Origin: Alphaproteobacteria bacterium
GTDB taxonomy: Bacteria > Pseudomonadota > Alphaproteobacteria > UBA828
Reading direction: 5' to 3'
DNA length: 64,000 nt
NCBI GenBank assembly: GCA_965237415.1
Contig: CBDEFM010000002.1
Location: 1,024,001 to 1,088,000, forward strand
Below are positions 1 to 10,252 of this stretch, piece by piece. The notes under the pieces are model-generated. The model did no database searches. It was given only the letters and a program-made list of their open reading frames with translations, and was not told where the DNA came from. Positions within the stretch are counted from its first letter, which is position 1; every line of letters starts with the position of its first letter. Position numbers and translations under genes: made by a program.

Positions 1-778
1 GCGTCTCGCAGCGGAGCCGCCCGTCATCGGCGAGCTGCACCGGGAGCGAATTCACCTCGCCCATGAACTCGGTGACGAAGCGGTTCTCAGGCTGGGTGTA
101 GATCGTCGCGGGGCTGCCGACCTGCGCAAGCTTGCCCTCGCGCATCACGCCGATGCGGTCGGACATCACCATCGCCTCCTCGAGGCTGTGGGTGATGTAG
201 ACGAAGGTCTTGCCCGTCTCGCGCTGGATGTCCTTGAGCTCCTTCTCCAGCGTCTTGCGCAGGCGATAGTCGATCGCCGACAGCGGCTCGTCGAAGAACA
301 GGATCTCCGGGTTGAAGGCCAATGCTCTGGCCAGCGCCACGCGCTGGCGCTCTCCGCCCGAGCACTGGTCCACGGCCTTGTCGTAGTAGCTCTGCGGCAA
401 GTGAGCGAGCTTCAGGCATGCGGCTGCACGCTGCCGGCGCTCCTTCTTGCCGATGCCCTTGCACTTGGCCGAGTACTCCACGTTCTCGCCCACGCTCATG
501 TGCGGAAAAAGCGCCAGCGACTGGAAGACCATGCAGGTCGGGCGTTTGTTGGCGGGGACGTCGTTGATCCGCTTGCCCCTGAGCAGGATGTCGCCGGAGG
601 TCGGCGAATCCATCCCGACAAGCAAGCGGATAAGCGTCGTCTTGCCCGAGCCCGAGGGGCCGACGATGGTGAAGAGCTCGCCCTCCTCGATATCGAGGCT
701 GACGCCGTCGACGGCGTTCAGGCTGCCGAAGCTCTTCACGATGTTTCTGAGTTGCAATATGGGCGTGGCTGAGGCCAT
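1..778 (-). CDS. PotA-like ABC transporter ATP-binding subunit (3' end runs off the window)
   Basis: Own translation from ATG at 778: MASATPILQLRNIVKSFGSLNAVDGVSLDIEEGELFTIVGPSGSGKTT (Walker A), later SGGERQRVALARAL and FDEPLS; lies downstream of a PotD-like gene. Confidence 0.9.
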   Translation of the reverse strand, partial: MASATPILQLRNIVKSFGSLNAVDGVSLDIEEGELFTIVGPSGSGKTTLIRLLVGMDSPTSGDILLRGKRINDVPANKRPTCMVFQSLALFPHMSVGENVEYSAKCKGIGKKERRQRAAACLKLAHLPQSYYDKAVDQCSGGERQRVALARALAFNPEILFFDEPLSAIDYRLRKTLEKELKDIQRETGKTFVYITHSLEEAMVMSDRIGVMREGKLAQVGSPATIYTQPENRFVTEFMGEVNSLPVQLADDGRLRCET

Positions 779-848
779 CGCACACCGTGCTCCCGCCATG
801 CGTGCGTGTCGGCGCGGGCGGCGTACCGCCCGCGCCGACGACCAAGGA

Positions 849-2138
849 TCAGGCGCCGCGGCTGCGCTTCGCCTGAGTGTAGAGGTCGTGCATCGCGTCG
901 TAGTCGGGATTGATGTCGAAGTCGACGCAGCGATCGACCAGCGAGGCCAGCCAGCTGCCGTCCTCGCCCCAATGCACGGCGTCGAGCTCGTCCTGGGAGA
1001 ACTGGCCCAGCACCTCCGGCGCCCCCATCTGCACCACCGGGTTGAGCGTGCCCGGCGCCTTGGCCGCCACCTTGTAGGCGGCCTCGGGCGTGTGGCAGTA
1101 AATAAGGAACGCCTCGGCCAGCGGCGTCGGGTCGGGGTTGTTGACCAGCGAGGTGACCTCGATCCAGACGATACCGCCCTGGCCCATCGGCCGCTCGGCA
1201 GTCTTGGTCTCCTCGGGACCTTCCGCCGGCACCACGTTCACCAGCTGGGTCTCGCCTTCGAGCCTGGCAGCCGAGACGGTATAGACCGAGCCGGGGTAGG
1301 TCCCGATGATCTCGCCGGTGATCATGTCGCGGGCCAGCGCCGCCTGGTCGTCCGAGACCTTCTTGGCGTTCTCGAAGAGCTTGAAGATGTTCTCCTCGAA
1401 GGCCGCCATCTCATCGGCGGTGTGCTCGCGGAAGGGGATGAAGCCCGACGCGATGCACGTGTGCATGATCACCCAGTTCTCGTAGTCGAGGATGCCGTAC
1501 TGGCCCTTGGCGCCCTCGATCATCTCCATGTAGCCGCCGCTCTCCATCGTCTGCGGATCGACCAGATCAGTATTGACCGCCAGGCCGGCGGGGCCATAGC
1601 GCTGGAGCATGCCGAGCAGGTGCTCGCCGCTCTCGTCGAGCGCCCAGTGATAGGGCCACTCGAAGCCCCCCACGTTCATGTCGTAGAGCGGCGCGAACTT
1701 GTCCTTGTCGAGGGGCACGATCAGTCCCTCGGGGAAAAGCTGGTTGCGCTGCCAGGAGTTGTTGAGGTTGATCACGTCCCAGGTCGAGGTGCCGCCGCCG
1801 CGCAGGTTGTTCACGGCTGCGGGGTCCGAGATCAGCATCTGCGGGTTGACGTTCGCCCCGGTCTGGCGGCTGAAGGGGTCGAGCACCGGCTCTTCGGTGT
1901 AGCCCTCCCACGAGTGCAGGTTGAGGTCCATGCGGATATCGCTCATCCCGGCGAGCTCGGCCTTGGTCTTTTCCCAGAGCTCGTTCGCATAGGCCGAGCC
2001 CGTCGCCGCCTTCGCGCTGCCTGCACCCGCGCTGAGGGCGGCAGGCGCCACGCCGACCGCGGCGGCCAGCGCTGCCGACTGCTTCAGGAATTGCCGGCGC
2101 GAGGAGCTGAAGCTCCTGAAAATGTTTCCACTGTTCAT
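849..2138 (-). CDS. PotD/PotF-like extracellular solute-binding protein, Tat-exported
   Basis: Twin-arginine motif SRRQFLK, 'LNLHSWEGY' start of mature domain, next to ABC ATPase. Confidence 0.85.
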   Translation of the reverse strand: MNSGNIFRSFSSSRRQFLKQSAALAAAVGVAPAALSAGAGSAKAATGSAYANELWEKTKAELAGMSDIRMDLNLHSWEGYTEEPVLDPFSRQTGANVNPQMLISDPAAVNNLRGGGTSTWDVINLNNSWQRNQLFPEGLIVPLDKDKFAPLYDMNVGGFEWPYHWALDESGEHLLGMLQRYGPAGLAVNTDLVDPQTMESGGYMEMIEGAKGQYGILDYENWVIMHTCIASGFIPFREHTADEMAAFEENIFKLFENAKKVSDDQAALARDMITGEIIGTYPGSVYTVSAARLEGETQLVNVVPAEGPEETKTAERPMGQGGIVWIEVTSLVNNPDPTPLAEAFLIYCHTPEAAYKVAAKAPGTLNPVVQMGAPEVLGQFSQDELDAVHWGEDGSWLASLVDRCVDFDINPDYDAMHDLYTQAKRSRGA

Positions 2139-2475
2139 GTCTTCCTCCCGGTTTGCCGTGGGATCTCACGAAACGTGGTCCGCCTCGGATGCTAAATGAT
2201 GACAGGGACTGTCTCCAGTGCGATTGACGCGGTTCCGCAGGCCAAGTCACAACCCAGACTCGGGACCGCTTGCGCGTGGGCCACCACCAGGGCGTCACAG
2301 GGGAGCCGCAGCGCTCCGGATGGACGGCGTGCCGACCCGGCACCTTCGCTACCCCGATCACAAAATCTTGACTCTGACAGAGCCCGGAATTCGTAGTAGT
2401 CGCAGCGATTAACGCCAATCCGCAGTAACGTGAGTTCACGGCCTTGAGAGGCCCCGGCTTTTGGAGCACTCTGCC

Positions 2476-3678
2476 ATGATGGATCGTTGGTGGGAGAGCC
2501 GGACGGGCGTGCGCACCGCCCTCGCAAACGTGACGCGCCCGATCGAGGAGTGGGCGAGCGGACTGCCGAACGAGGCCTATGTGTCGGACGCCTTCGCCGA
2601 GTGGGAACAGGATGTGCTCCTGGCCCGCACCTGGGCCTGCATCGGCACAGGCAGGCGCGTGCCCGAGGTGGGCGATGCCATGCCGCTCGAATTCGCCGGC
2701 CTGCCGCTCTTCATGCTGCGTGGAAACGACGGCGAGGTGAACGTCTTCCACAACGTGTGCAGCCACCGCGGCATGGTGCTGATGGACAAGCCCACGCGGA
2801 CGCGCGGCGCGATCCGCTGCCCCTACCATTCCTGGACCTACGACCTGGACGGCTCGCTTCGCTCGACGCCCATGATCGGAGGCACCGACAGCCACACGTG
2901 CGAGGGCTTCGAGCGCGCGAAGCATGGCCTGAAGCCGGTTCGGACCGCCACTTGGTTCGACGCCGTGTTCGTCAACCTGAGCGGCGATGCACCGCCCTTC
3001 GAGACCTTCATCGCGCCGGTGGCCAAGCGCTGGAAGGATTTTTGCGGCGCCGACCTGCGCTACGAGGAGAGCGACTCCTCCTTCACCCTGGACGTCGCCT
3101 GCAACTGGAAGCTCGCGGTGGAGAACTTCTGCGAGGCCTATCACCTGCCGTGGATCCACCCCAGCCTCAACAGCTATTCCGGGCTCGAGGATCACTACCA
3201 GATCGCGGAGGAGGAGGACGGCTACGCCGGCCAGGGCAGCACCGCCTACCGGCCGCAGCTCGCGGAAAACAGCAACGGCTTTCCGACCATGCCGGGCCTG
3301 CCGGCGCGCTGGCAGGGGACGGCAGAATATGTCGCGCTGTTCCCGACCGCGCTCTTCGGCGTCCACGCCGACCATTGCTTCGTCGGCACGCTGATGCCGG
3401 CGGGCACCGGGCGCACCATCGAGCATCTCGACATCTACTACTTCGCCGACGAGGCCGTGGGCGAGGGCTGCGCCGAGCTCAGGGAGGCCAACACGCGCCA
3501 GTGGCGCGGCATCTTCGAGGAAGACCGCTTCGTCGTCGAAGGGATGCAGCGTGGCCGCGCCTCACCGGCCTACAAGGGCGGCGTGCTCTCCCCCGTGCTG
3601 GAGCGCACCACCCACGCCTTCTACCGCTGGGTGGCGCGGCAGATGATGGAAGCGACGGAGACCAACGGCGCTCCGTGA
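2476..3678 (+). CDS. Rieske non-heme iron oxygenase alpha subunit (choline/betaine monooxygenase-like)
   Basis: Rieske motif CSH...CPYH, mononuclear Fe motif ENFCEAYHLPWIH and distal EED; start placed at ATGATG 2476. Confidence 0.88.
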   Translation: MMDRWWESRTGVRTALANVTRPIEEWASGLPNEAYVSDAFAEWEQDVLLARTWACIGTGRRVPEVGDAMPLEFAGLPLFMLRGNDGEVNVFHNVCSHRGMVLMDKPTRTRGAIRCPYHSWTYDLDGSLRSTPMIGGTDSHTCEGFERAKHGLKPVRTATWFDAVFVNLSGDAPPFETFIAPVAKRWKDFCGADLRYEESDSSFTLDVACNWKLAVENFCEAYHLPWIHPSLNSYSGLEDHYQIAEEEDGYAGQGSTAYRPQLAENSNGFPTMPGLPARWQGTAEYVALFPTALFGVHADHCFVGTLMPAGTGRTIEHLDIYYFADEAVGEGCAELREANTRQWRGIFEEDRFVVEGMQRGRASPAYKGGVLSPVLERTTHAFYRWVARQMMEATETNGAP

Positions 3679-3693
3679 GCGGCAGGTCTACGG

Positions 3694-4008
3694 TCAAATC
3701 TCGCAGGCGTCGCCGTTGCAGCCCTGCTTGTCGCGTCCGAATAGGGCGCGGATAGGCGGAAGGTAGAGGGCCAGCCCGTAAAGAAAGAATAGGGGAACCT
3801 GCAGGCACACCTTGCGCGTGGCGTAGACGCCGGTGAATGCCCTGCTGCTCTCCTTCTCCACCACCACGATTTCGCCGACGGGGACCGGGCCCAGCGGTGA
3901 ATCGTCCGTCCGCAGCTCGACGCGGCCCAGCCAGTCCATGCGCGCCGTGAGGTTCGCCTGACGGACGCAGTCGGGACAGCGCGGGTTGTAGAAGAGCGCT
4001 ACGGTCAT
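3694..4008 (-). CDS. DCC1/DUF393-like thiol-disulfide oxidoreductase
   Basis: N-terminal FYNPRCPDC (CxxC), small size, C-terminal CNGDAC. Confidence 0.65.
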   Translation of the reverse strand: MTVALFYNPRCPDCVRQANLTARMDWLGRVELRTDDSPLGPVPVGEIVVVEKESSRAFTGVYATRKVCLQVPLFFLYGLALYLPPIRALFGRDKQGCNGDACEI

Positions 4009-4017
4009 CCCGCGTGT

Positions 4018-4824
4018 CTACACCCCGGCGCCCACGGGGCCGGTCCGACCGTAGAATCCCAAACGTTCCGTATCGCTGAAGGTGACGTCGGGCCTCTCGT
4101 AATAGGAGAATACGGCGATGATCCTTGCGCGATGGCCTTCGACCGGCGTCACGCGATGCGCCGTGTTCTTCCCCTTGAAGACGTTGAGCGTGCCGGGTGC
4201 GAGCGGCAGGGTCTGCACGCGTTCGTCATGGCCGGTCAGAAGACGGGCGACGCCTTCGTAGTTCGGATCCGAGTCGCTTCTGAGCCCGCTGCGGTACCGA
4301 AACTCCCCGCCCGTGCGAGGCGCCTGCAAGAGGATGGTGATGGTGAATTCGGCCCGGTCGAAGTGCCAGTTGAGCCGCTCGCCAGCCCCATAGGCCATGA
4401 CGTTGATCCGGCCGAGGGGATCGGCCATCGGGTAGAGCCGCGGCTTCTCCAGCGCCGCCGCCAGGAAGTCGATAAGCGGCTCCCACTCGTAAACCTGCGC
4501 GATCGTGCTGGCCGGAATCTGATCGCCGCAGATCGTGTGATTGACGGTCGTGTGTCGGCTCAGCGCCGGGTGACCGGCCTCAAGGCCCTCGATCTCGTCA
4601 TCGAAGTAGATGTTGTGATCCCGAGCATGGGTGAAGGACGCCGTGTCGAAAAGCGGCTCGACCTCCTCGATGGCGGCCCGAAGGGTCTTGGGCCGGATGA
4701 GGCCTGCGAGACTGAACATGCCGGCGTCGCACAGCTCGCCCCGGCAGCGGGCGACCAGCGCCTGCCCCCGCGCACCGTCTAGCGCATCCACGGGCCAGCG
4801 ATCGAGGTCGAGGATCGATCTCAT
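4018..4824 (-). CDS. 2-oxoglutarate/Fe(II)-dependent oxygenase (BesD/HalD-like fold, hydroxylase-type HxD)
   Basis: WHFD...GGEF...TAHRVTPVEG..R motifs (HxD...H...R). Confidence 0.8.
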   Translation of the reverse strand: MRSILDLDRWPVDALDGARGQALVARCRGELCDAGMFSLAGLIRPKTLRAAIEEVEPLFDTASFTHARDHNIYFDDEIEGLEAGHPALSRHTTVNHTICGDQIPASTIAQVYEWEPLIDFLAAALEKPRLYPMADPLGRINVMAYGAGERLNWHFDRAEFTITILLQAPRTGGEFRYRSGLRSDSDPNYEGVARLLTGHDERVQTLPLAPGTLNVFKGKNTAHRVTPVEGHRARIIAVFSYYERPDVTFSDTERLGFYGRTGPVGAGV

Positions 4825-4855
4825 GATGACATTCTTCGGGTCGGAGTCCCCTCTC

Positions 4856-6094
4856 CTACAGCCAACTCTCCTCCATCGGATACGACGAAAGCTGCTCGTA
4901 GCCGTCGGCGGTGATCAATACCTGCTCTTCGAGCTTGACCGATTCGCGGCCGCCGGCAGGCGAAGTGAGCGCCTCCACGCAGAACACCATCCCCTCGCGG
5001 AGCACGCCGTCGTCGCCGGGCTCCCAGTCCTCGGGATAGTGGATGACCGGATACTCGTCGCAGAGCCCCACCCCGTGCATCGCCGCCACGTAGCGCTGCT
5101 CGACGAACTCGTCGCCGAGGGGGCGCAGCCCCTCGGTCACCTCGCGAAAGGTCACGCCCGGCTTCAACAGCGCCTTGTTCTCCTGAATGTGCGCGTAGGC
5201 CTCGGCGTAGAGGCGCCGCTGCTCGTCGCTCGGGCGCGCATCGCATACCCACGTGCGCGAGATGTCGCTGCAATAGCCGTAGGGCCCGATGAGGTCGGTG
5301 TCGAAGGCCACGATGTCGCCGCGTTCGATGACCCGCATCGAGGATTCGCGGAACCACGGGTTGGTGCGCGGCCCCGACGCGAGCAGCCGGCACTCGATCC
5401 ACTCGCCGCCGCCGGCGATGTTGCCGCGGTGGAGCTCGGCCCAGAGCGCGTTCTCCGTGATGCCGGGCTGCAATGCCGCGCGCATCTGTGCGATCGCCTG
5501 CTCGCACACCGCGATCGAGTGGCGCATCAGGGTGATCTCGTCCGGCGACTTGACGACACGGGCGTTCTCCATCACCTCGAACCCGTCGACGATGTCGTAG
5601 CCCAATCGCTGCAACTCGAAGACACCGAGTGGCATGACACGGTCGAGGGCGATGCGCCGATTGCCGCCGCTCCGCTCGCGAATGACCGAGTCGATGTCGG
5701 CGGCCCAGGCCTTCGCCTTGTCTTCGTGTCGCTGGCCGGCAATGAAGTAGAGGAACGAGATGGTGGGACGGACCTCGTCGACGGTGGGCAGCCCCGTGGT
5801 GAGCAGGTCGCTGCCGCCGCCGAATTCGAAGAGGCAGGTCGGGCCCTCGGTCGGCACGTAGAGGTAGCGCGCCTCGTTGCGTGAACACCAGATCTCCATG
5901 TTCGACGAGTCGACGGCGTAACGGATGTTCACCGGGTCGTAGAGGATGATGCCAGCGAGATCGCGCGCCGCCAAAGCCTCGCGCACGCGCGCGATTCGGT
6001 AGCGGCGGACCTCGTCGAGATCGCACGGCGGGATTGTGTGCTCCATTGCACCGTGCTGGCGCGCGGTATTGGTGCGGTCGGTGCCGTCAGTCAT
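4856..6094 (-). CDS. M24 metallopeptidase-fold protein, DddP (DMSP lyase)-like
   Basis: GEWIECRLLASGPRTNPWF, FDTDLIGPYGYCSDISRT, RY...MHGVGLCDEYP, CVE, VKLEEQVLIT closely follow the DddP motif set. Confidence 0.82.
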   Translation of the reverse strand: MTDGTDRTNTARQHGAMEHTIPPCDLDEVRRYRIARVREALAARDLAGIILYDPVNIRYAVDSSNMEIWCSRNEARYLYVPTEGPTCLFEFGGGSDLLTTGLPTVDEVRPTISFLYFIAGQRHEDKAKAWAADIDSVIRERSGGNRRIALDRVMPLGVFELQRLGYDIVDGFEVMENARVVKSPDEITLMRHSIAVCEQAIAQMRAALQPGITENALWAELHRGNIAGGGEWIECRLLASGPRTNPWFRESSMRVIERGDIVAFDTDLIGPYGYCSDISRTWVCDARPSDEQRRLYAEAYAHIQENKALLKPGVTFREVTEGLRPLGDEFVEQRYVAAMHGVGLCDEYPVIHYPEDWEPGDDGVLREGMVFCVEALTSPAGGRESVKLEEQVLITADGYEQLSSYPMEESWL

Positions 6095-6308
6095 GGGCCA
6101 ATTCCTATCGGGGCGGGGAAGCGCGACTGGAACGTACTACGGTCCGGGCCTCGATGCGTCCGGTCGCGGGTCAACGTGGCTACAGCCTTTCCGCTTCTAT
6201 CCATAGACGCTCCCTTCCCACCGATTTGAACTCGCCCCGGGAATGAGGCGCAATACGATCAGTGGAATCAGTATGCGCACGCGCATCGGACCTCGCCGTC
6301 GAGCAGCC

Positions 6309-6920
6309 TCATCCTGCCAGCTTTCGCACCTCTCCAGGCGCTGGCGTCCCCTCAGCTTCGAACCCCCAACACGTCCAATTGGGATTGGCCAAGCCGAGCC
6401 CGTCGGGCTCGCGCGAGAACAGCTCGATCTTGCGGAGAAGAGGGAACATTTTGTCTATTCGCAGCCGCACCTCGTCCGGCTTTTGCGAGTGTGACTCACG
6501 CTTGGCCGTGAGAAGCTGGCGGACGTTTCGTGCGCCGCGCGGGGACGGAATCTTACCCTTCTTGAACACGAGACAGAGCTCGCATTGGCTCATGGTGTAG
6601 AAGCCGGGGTTTACCCGCACCTTATCCCACACAAATGCGACCGTGGCCCAGGCGAAGCCCCATGCCTTACCCAGTTCGATCGCCTGGTCCAGGTGCGGAT
6701 TGGTCGCCCACATGAACAAGAGGCAGTCTCTCGCAGAAATACTGGGGACGTCCAACATCTTGAGATCGTCCAGGGTCACGGTCGGATAGTGCCTGACGGC
6801 GCCGCCTGTGTCCTGGCTGCCCTCGCCGGCGTGTTGAAGCTGACCTTTGTAATCCCACGGCGGGTCGGCATAGATGATGTCGAAAGGGCCGGACGGAAGC
6901 GGCGGAAAGGGCATCCCCAT
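6309..6920 (-). CDS. MT-A70 family N6-adenine methyltransferase
   Basis: FDIIYADPPW, LFMWATNPHL, WDK, ELCL, HSQKP, KIELFSR motifs. Confidence 0.9.
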   Translation of the reverse strand: MGMPFPPLPSGPFDIIYADPPWDYKGQLQHAGEGSQDTGGAVRHYPTVTLDDLKMLDVPSISARDCLLFMWATNPHLDQAIELGKAWGFAWATVAFVWDKVRVNPGFYTMSQCELCLVFKKGKIPSPRGARNVRQLLTAKRESHSQKPDEVRLRIDKMFPLLRKIELFSREPDGLGLANPNWTCWGFEAEGTPAPGEVRKLAG

Positions 6921-6922
6921 CG

Positions 6923-8131
6923 TTACACCTCGTGGCCAAGCAGCCTCTCGTCCAACGGGAACGTGCTCATCAGCTCGATACCTGTCTCGGCGACCAGGAC
7001 CTGCTCTTCCAGCTTCACCCCCTCGCCGCCCTCTTCGTGGCCGATGAAGCTCTCCACGCAGAGCGTCATATTGGGTTCGACGACACCGTCGTAGTCTTGC
7101 CCGCCGTCATAGTCGGCCTCGTAGATCATGTACGGATATTCGCCGGTCGCCCCGATGCCGTGAATCATCACGAAGTACCGTCTTGCGTAGTACGGGGCGG
7201 GAATCGTCCAGGCCGCCTCCGTGATCTCCCGGAACGTCCGCCCCGGCTTGATCAGCGCCATGTTGTGCTGGATCTGCTCATGGGCGAGGCGATAGAGCGT
7301 TCGTTGCGCCGGCGTCGGCCGTCCGTCGCCGCAAAGGAAGGTGCGCGAGAAATCCGCGTAGTAGCCGTGCGGGCCGACGACATCGGTGTCGTGGGCAATC
7401 AGGTCGCCGGCTTGGATCGCGCGGGTGCCGGTCTCCTGAAACCAGGGGTTGGTCCTCTCGCCCGAGCTGAGTAGCCGCGTCTCCACGTAGTCCCCATCGT
7501 TGGCGATCACGTGGCGATGGAACTCCGCCCACAGCGCGTTCTCGGTGATCCCCGGCCTCGCGGCATCCTGCAGTGCCTGCTCCGCCGCCATGACGCACGC
7601 CATAGAGCGCTTCGAGCAGACGATCTCCTCCGGTGTCTTGATCGAGCGCGCCCTTTCGGCCGGCGCCTGAGCGTCGAGGATGGTGAAGCCCGCGTCGGCG
7701 AGATAGCTGACAGCGCGCGCATCGATGCGCTCCAGTCCGATCCGCGTCTCCCCCGGGCAGTGCTGGCGCATCAGCGCGGCGATCTCCCCCGCCCAGACCC
7801 TTGCCGTCTCCTCCAGAAGCGGCCCGCGCGCCACGTAGGAGACCGTCGTGGAAACGCGGATCTCGTCGATCGCCGGATTGTCCCGTTCCAGGTGTTCGCA
7901 ACCCGCGAACTCGAACAAGACGACCGGCCCTTCCAGGGGCACGAACACGTAACGGGCCGGATTGCGCAGGACGAAGGGCATCATGTTCCGCGCGCCGGTC
8001 GCGTAGCGCACATTGTGCGGGTCGGTCAGCACCAGTGCCGCGAATTCGAACCGCGCCATCTCCGCGCGGAGACGCGCCAGCCGGCCCCGCCGAAGGGCCG
8101 TCTCGTCGGGCGCCGGCGGCAACTCGCTCAC
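6923..8131 (-). CDS. M24 metallopeptidase-fold protein, divergent DddP-like paralog
   Basis: ETRLLSSGERTNPWFQE, HDTDVVGPHGYYADFSRT, HGIGATGEYP, CVE, VKLEEQVL. Confidence 0.8.
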   Translation of the reverse strand: MSELPPAPDETALRRGRLARLRAEMARFEFAALVLTDPHNVRYATGARNMMPFVLRNPARYVFVPLEGPVVLFEFAGCEHLERDNPAIDEIRVSTTVSYVARGPLLEETARVWAGEIAALMRQHCPGETRIGLERIDARAVSYLADAGFTILDAQAPAERARSIKTPEEIVCSKRSMACVMAAEQALQDAARPGITENALWAEFHRHVIANDGDYVETRLLSSGERTNPWFQETGTRAIQAGDLIAHDTDVVGPHGYYADFSRTFLCGDGRPTPAQRTLYRLAHEQIQHNMALIKPGRTFREITEAAWTIPAPYYARRYFVMIHGIGATGEYPYMIYEADYDGGQDYDGVVEPNMTLCVESFIGHEEGGEGVKLEEQVLVAETGIELMSTFPLDERLLGHEV

Positions 8132-8135
8132 GGGG

Positions 8136-10244
8136 TCACTGCGCGACGTGTTGGTCCCGGTCGGGAATGGAGATCACGGGCTCGACCTCGCGCAACTCCT
8201 CGAGCGGGATATGGCAGGCAATCACGTGACGGTCGGCGTTGGTTCTGAGCGGGGGCGGCTCGGTCTCGCAGATTTCGCCGAGCTTGCGCGGGCAGCGCGT
8301 CGAGAACGGGCACCCCTTGGGCGGGTCGAGCGGGCTCGGCAGCGAGCCTTGCAGGACAATACGCCGCCTCTCGACCTCGGGGTCGGCAATCGGCACCGCA
8401 GAAAGCAACGCTTCGGTGTAGGGGTGATAGGGCGGCGAGAAGACTTCTTCCGTCGAGCCGCGCTCCATGATCTGCCCGAGGTACATCACCACCACCCGGT
8501 CGGCGAGATAGCGCACCGCCGAGAGATCGTGGCTGATGAAGAGCAGCGTGGTGCGGTGCTCGCGCTGAATGTCCATCAGCAGCTCCGTCACCGCGGCGGC
8601 AACCGAGACGTCGAGCGCCGAGATCGGCTCGTCCGCAATCACCGTCTTGGGGTTGCCGGCGAAGGCGCGGGCGATGCCCACCCGCTGCTTCTGGCCGCCC
8701 GAGAGTTGACGCGGCTTTCGCGAAACAAAGGTGCGCGGCAGCTTCACCGTATCCAACAGCTCCTGCACCCGCTCCAGCCGCTTGACCGAATTGCGTTCGA
8801 TGCCGAAGCGCTTGATCACCCGGCCGATCTGGTAGCCGACCGAGTGGGACGGGTTGAGCGTGTCGTTCGGGTTCTGGAACACCATCTGCAGCGAAGAGAG
8901 CTGCGCCGCCGTACGCTTGTTGACCGGAATGGCGCCGAGGTCGGTCCCGTCGAGCCGGACCTCGCCGTCGGTCGCGGTCTCCAGCCCCATCAGCACCTTG
9001 GCGAAGGTGGACTTGCCGCAGCCCGATTCGCCGACGATGGCAACCGTCTCGCCCTCGCCCGCGCGGAAGTTGATGCTCTCGTTCGCCTTGACCTCGCGCA
9101 CCGCGCCGCCGGACAGCAAAGCCGCAAACGAACGATCGCGCACCTTGTAGTACTTGCGCATGTTGGTGACTTCGAGGACGGTCTCGCCGACGTCGATCGG
9201 CTCGCGGCTCTCCTCCACGCGCACCACTTCTGTAACGTCGATCTCGTTCCAGCGGGTGCAGCGGACCCTGTGAGCGGGATCGTCGTCGGTGTGCACCTTC
9301 TCGATCGGGATCAGGCCTGTGTCGCACCGGCCGCCCGCAAAGAAGCCGCAGCGCGGGCCGAAATTACAGCCCTCGGGCCGCTGGTGGGGGAGCGGAAGCT
9401 GGCCCTTGATCGAGACCAGCGGGCGCGCGTTCTTGTCGGCATGGGGCAGCGGAATGCAGCCGAAGAGCCCTTGCGTGTAAGGGTGCTTGGGCCAGGAGAA
9501 GATGGAATCGATCGTCCCTTCCTCCACGACCTCGCCCGAATACATGACGCAGATACGGTCGCAGACCTCCAGCATCAGACCGAGATTGTGGGAGATGTAG
9601 AGCAGCGACGAGCCGGTCTTGCGGCTGAGCTCGGCGATCAACTCGACGATCCCCGCCTCCACCGTCACGTCGAGCGCCGTCGTGGGCTCGTCAAGAAGCA
9701 GAAGCGCCGGTTGCGAGAGCAGCGCCATGGCAATCACCACGCGCTGCTGCTGGCCGCCGGAGACCTGGTGCGGATAGGAGATCATCAGGCGCTTCGGGTC
9801 CGGGATGTCCACCGCCGCCAGCATGTCGTAGGCGCGCTGGAAGGCCTCGGCCCGGCTCACACCCTCGTGGATTATCGGCACTTCCATGAGCTGGGCGCCG
9901 AGGGTCAGGCTCGGATTGAGCGATGCCATCGGCTCCTGATAGATCATGGCGATGTCCTTGCCGCGCACGCGGCGGATCTCCTCCTCGGACATCTCGGCCA
10001 TGTCCCGGCCCTTGAACTTGATGGTGCCGCCGACGATGTCGCCGTTGTGACCCATGTAGCGCATGATGCCGTTGGCCACGGTGGACTTGCCGCAGCCGGA
10101 CTCGCCGACAAGCCCGACCGATTCGCCCTTGGCCACGGTGAGATCGAAGTCGTAGACCGCCGGCACCTCGCCGGCCCGCGTGTAGTAGCTGAGGCAGAGG
10201 CCGGTTATCTCGAGGACCGGCGGCTCGTGGCTATCGTCCGACAT
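8136..10244 (-). CDS. Fused dipeptide/oligopeptide ABC ATP-binding protein (DppD+DppF)
   Basis: Two GESGCGKST Walker A motifs, two SGGQ signatures, two Cys-containing C-terminal oligopeptide-ABC extensions. Confidence 0.93.
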   Translation of the reverse strand: MSDDSHEPPVLEITGLCLSYYTRAGEVPAVYDFDLTVAKGESVGLVGESGCGKSTVANGIMRYMGHNGDIVGGTIKFKGRDMAEMSEEEIRRVRGKDIAMIYQEPMASLNPSLTLGAQLMEVPIIHEGVSRAEAFQRAYDMLAAVDIPDPKRLMISYPHQVSGGQQQRVVIAMALLSQPALLLLDEPTTALDVTVEAGIVELIAELSRKTGSSLLYISHNLGLMLEVCDRICVMYSGEVVEEGTIDSIFSWPKHPYTQGLFGCIPLPHADKNARPLVSIKGQLPLPHQRPEGCNFGPRCGFFAGGRCDTGLIPIEKVHTDDDPAHRVRCTRWNEIDVTEVVRVEESREPIDVGETVLEVTNMRKYYKVRDRSFAALLSGGAVREVKANESINFRAGEGETVAIVGESGCGKSTFAKVLMGLETATDGEVRLDGTDLGAIPVNKRTAAQLSSLQMVFQNPNDTLNPSHSVGYQIGRVIKRFGIERNSVKRLERVQELLDTVKLPRTFVSRKPRQLSGGQKQRVGIARAFAGNPKTVIADEPISALDVSVAAAVTELLMDIQREHRTTLLFISHDLSAVRYLADRVVVMYLGQIMERGSTEEVFSPPYHPYTEALLSAVPIADPEVERRRIVLQGSLPSPLDPPKGCPFSTRCPRKLGEICETEPPPLRTNADRHVIACHIPLEELREVEPVISIPDRDQHVAQ

Positions 10245-10252
10245 ACTGCCTC

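Noticed and set aside
2139-2475. Possible riboswitch (e.g. guanidine-I) in the leader of the PotD-like gene
   Set aside because: Only a ..CCGGGAGG ending resembles it; I could not find the conserved core. An Rfam scan would settle it
4856-6094. Assigning the gene symbol dddP
   Set aside because: Motifs fit, but M24-fold homologs differ in activity and orthology cannot be confirmed without phylogeny or assay
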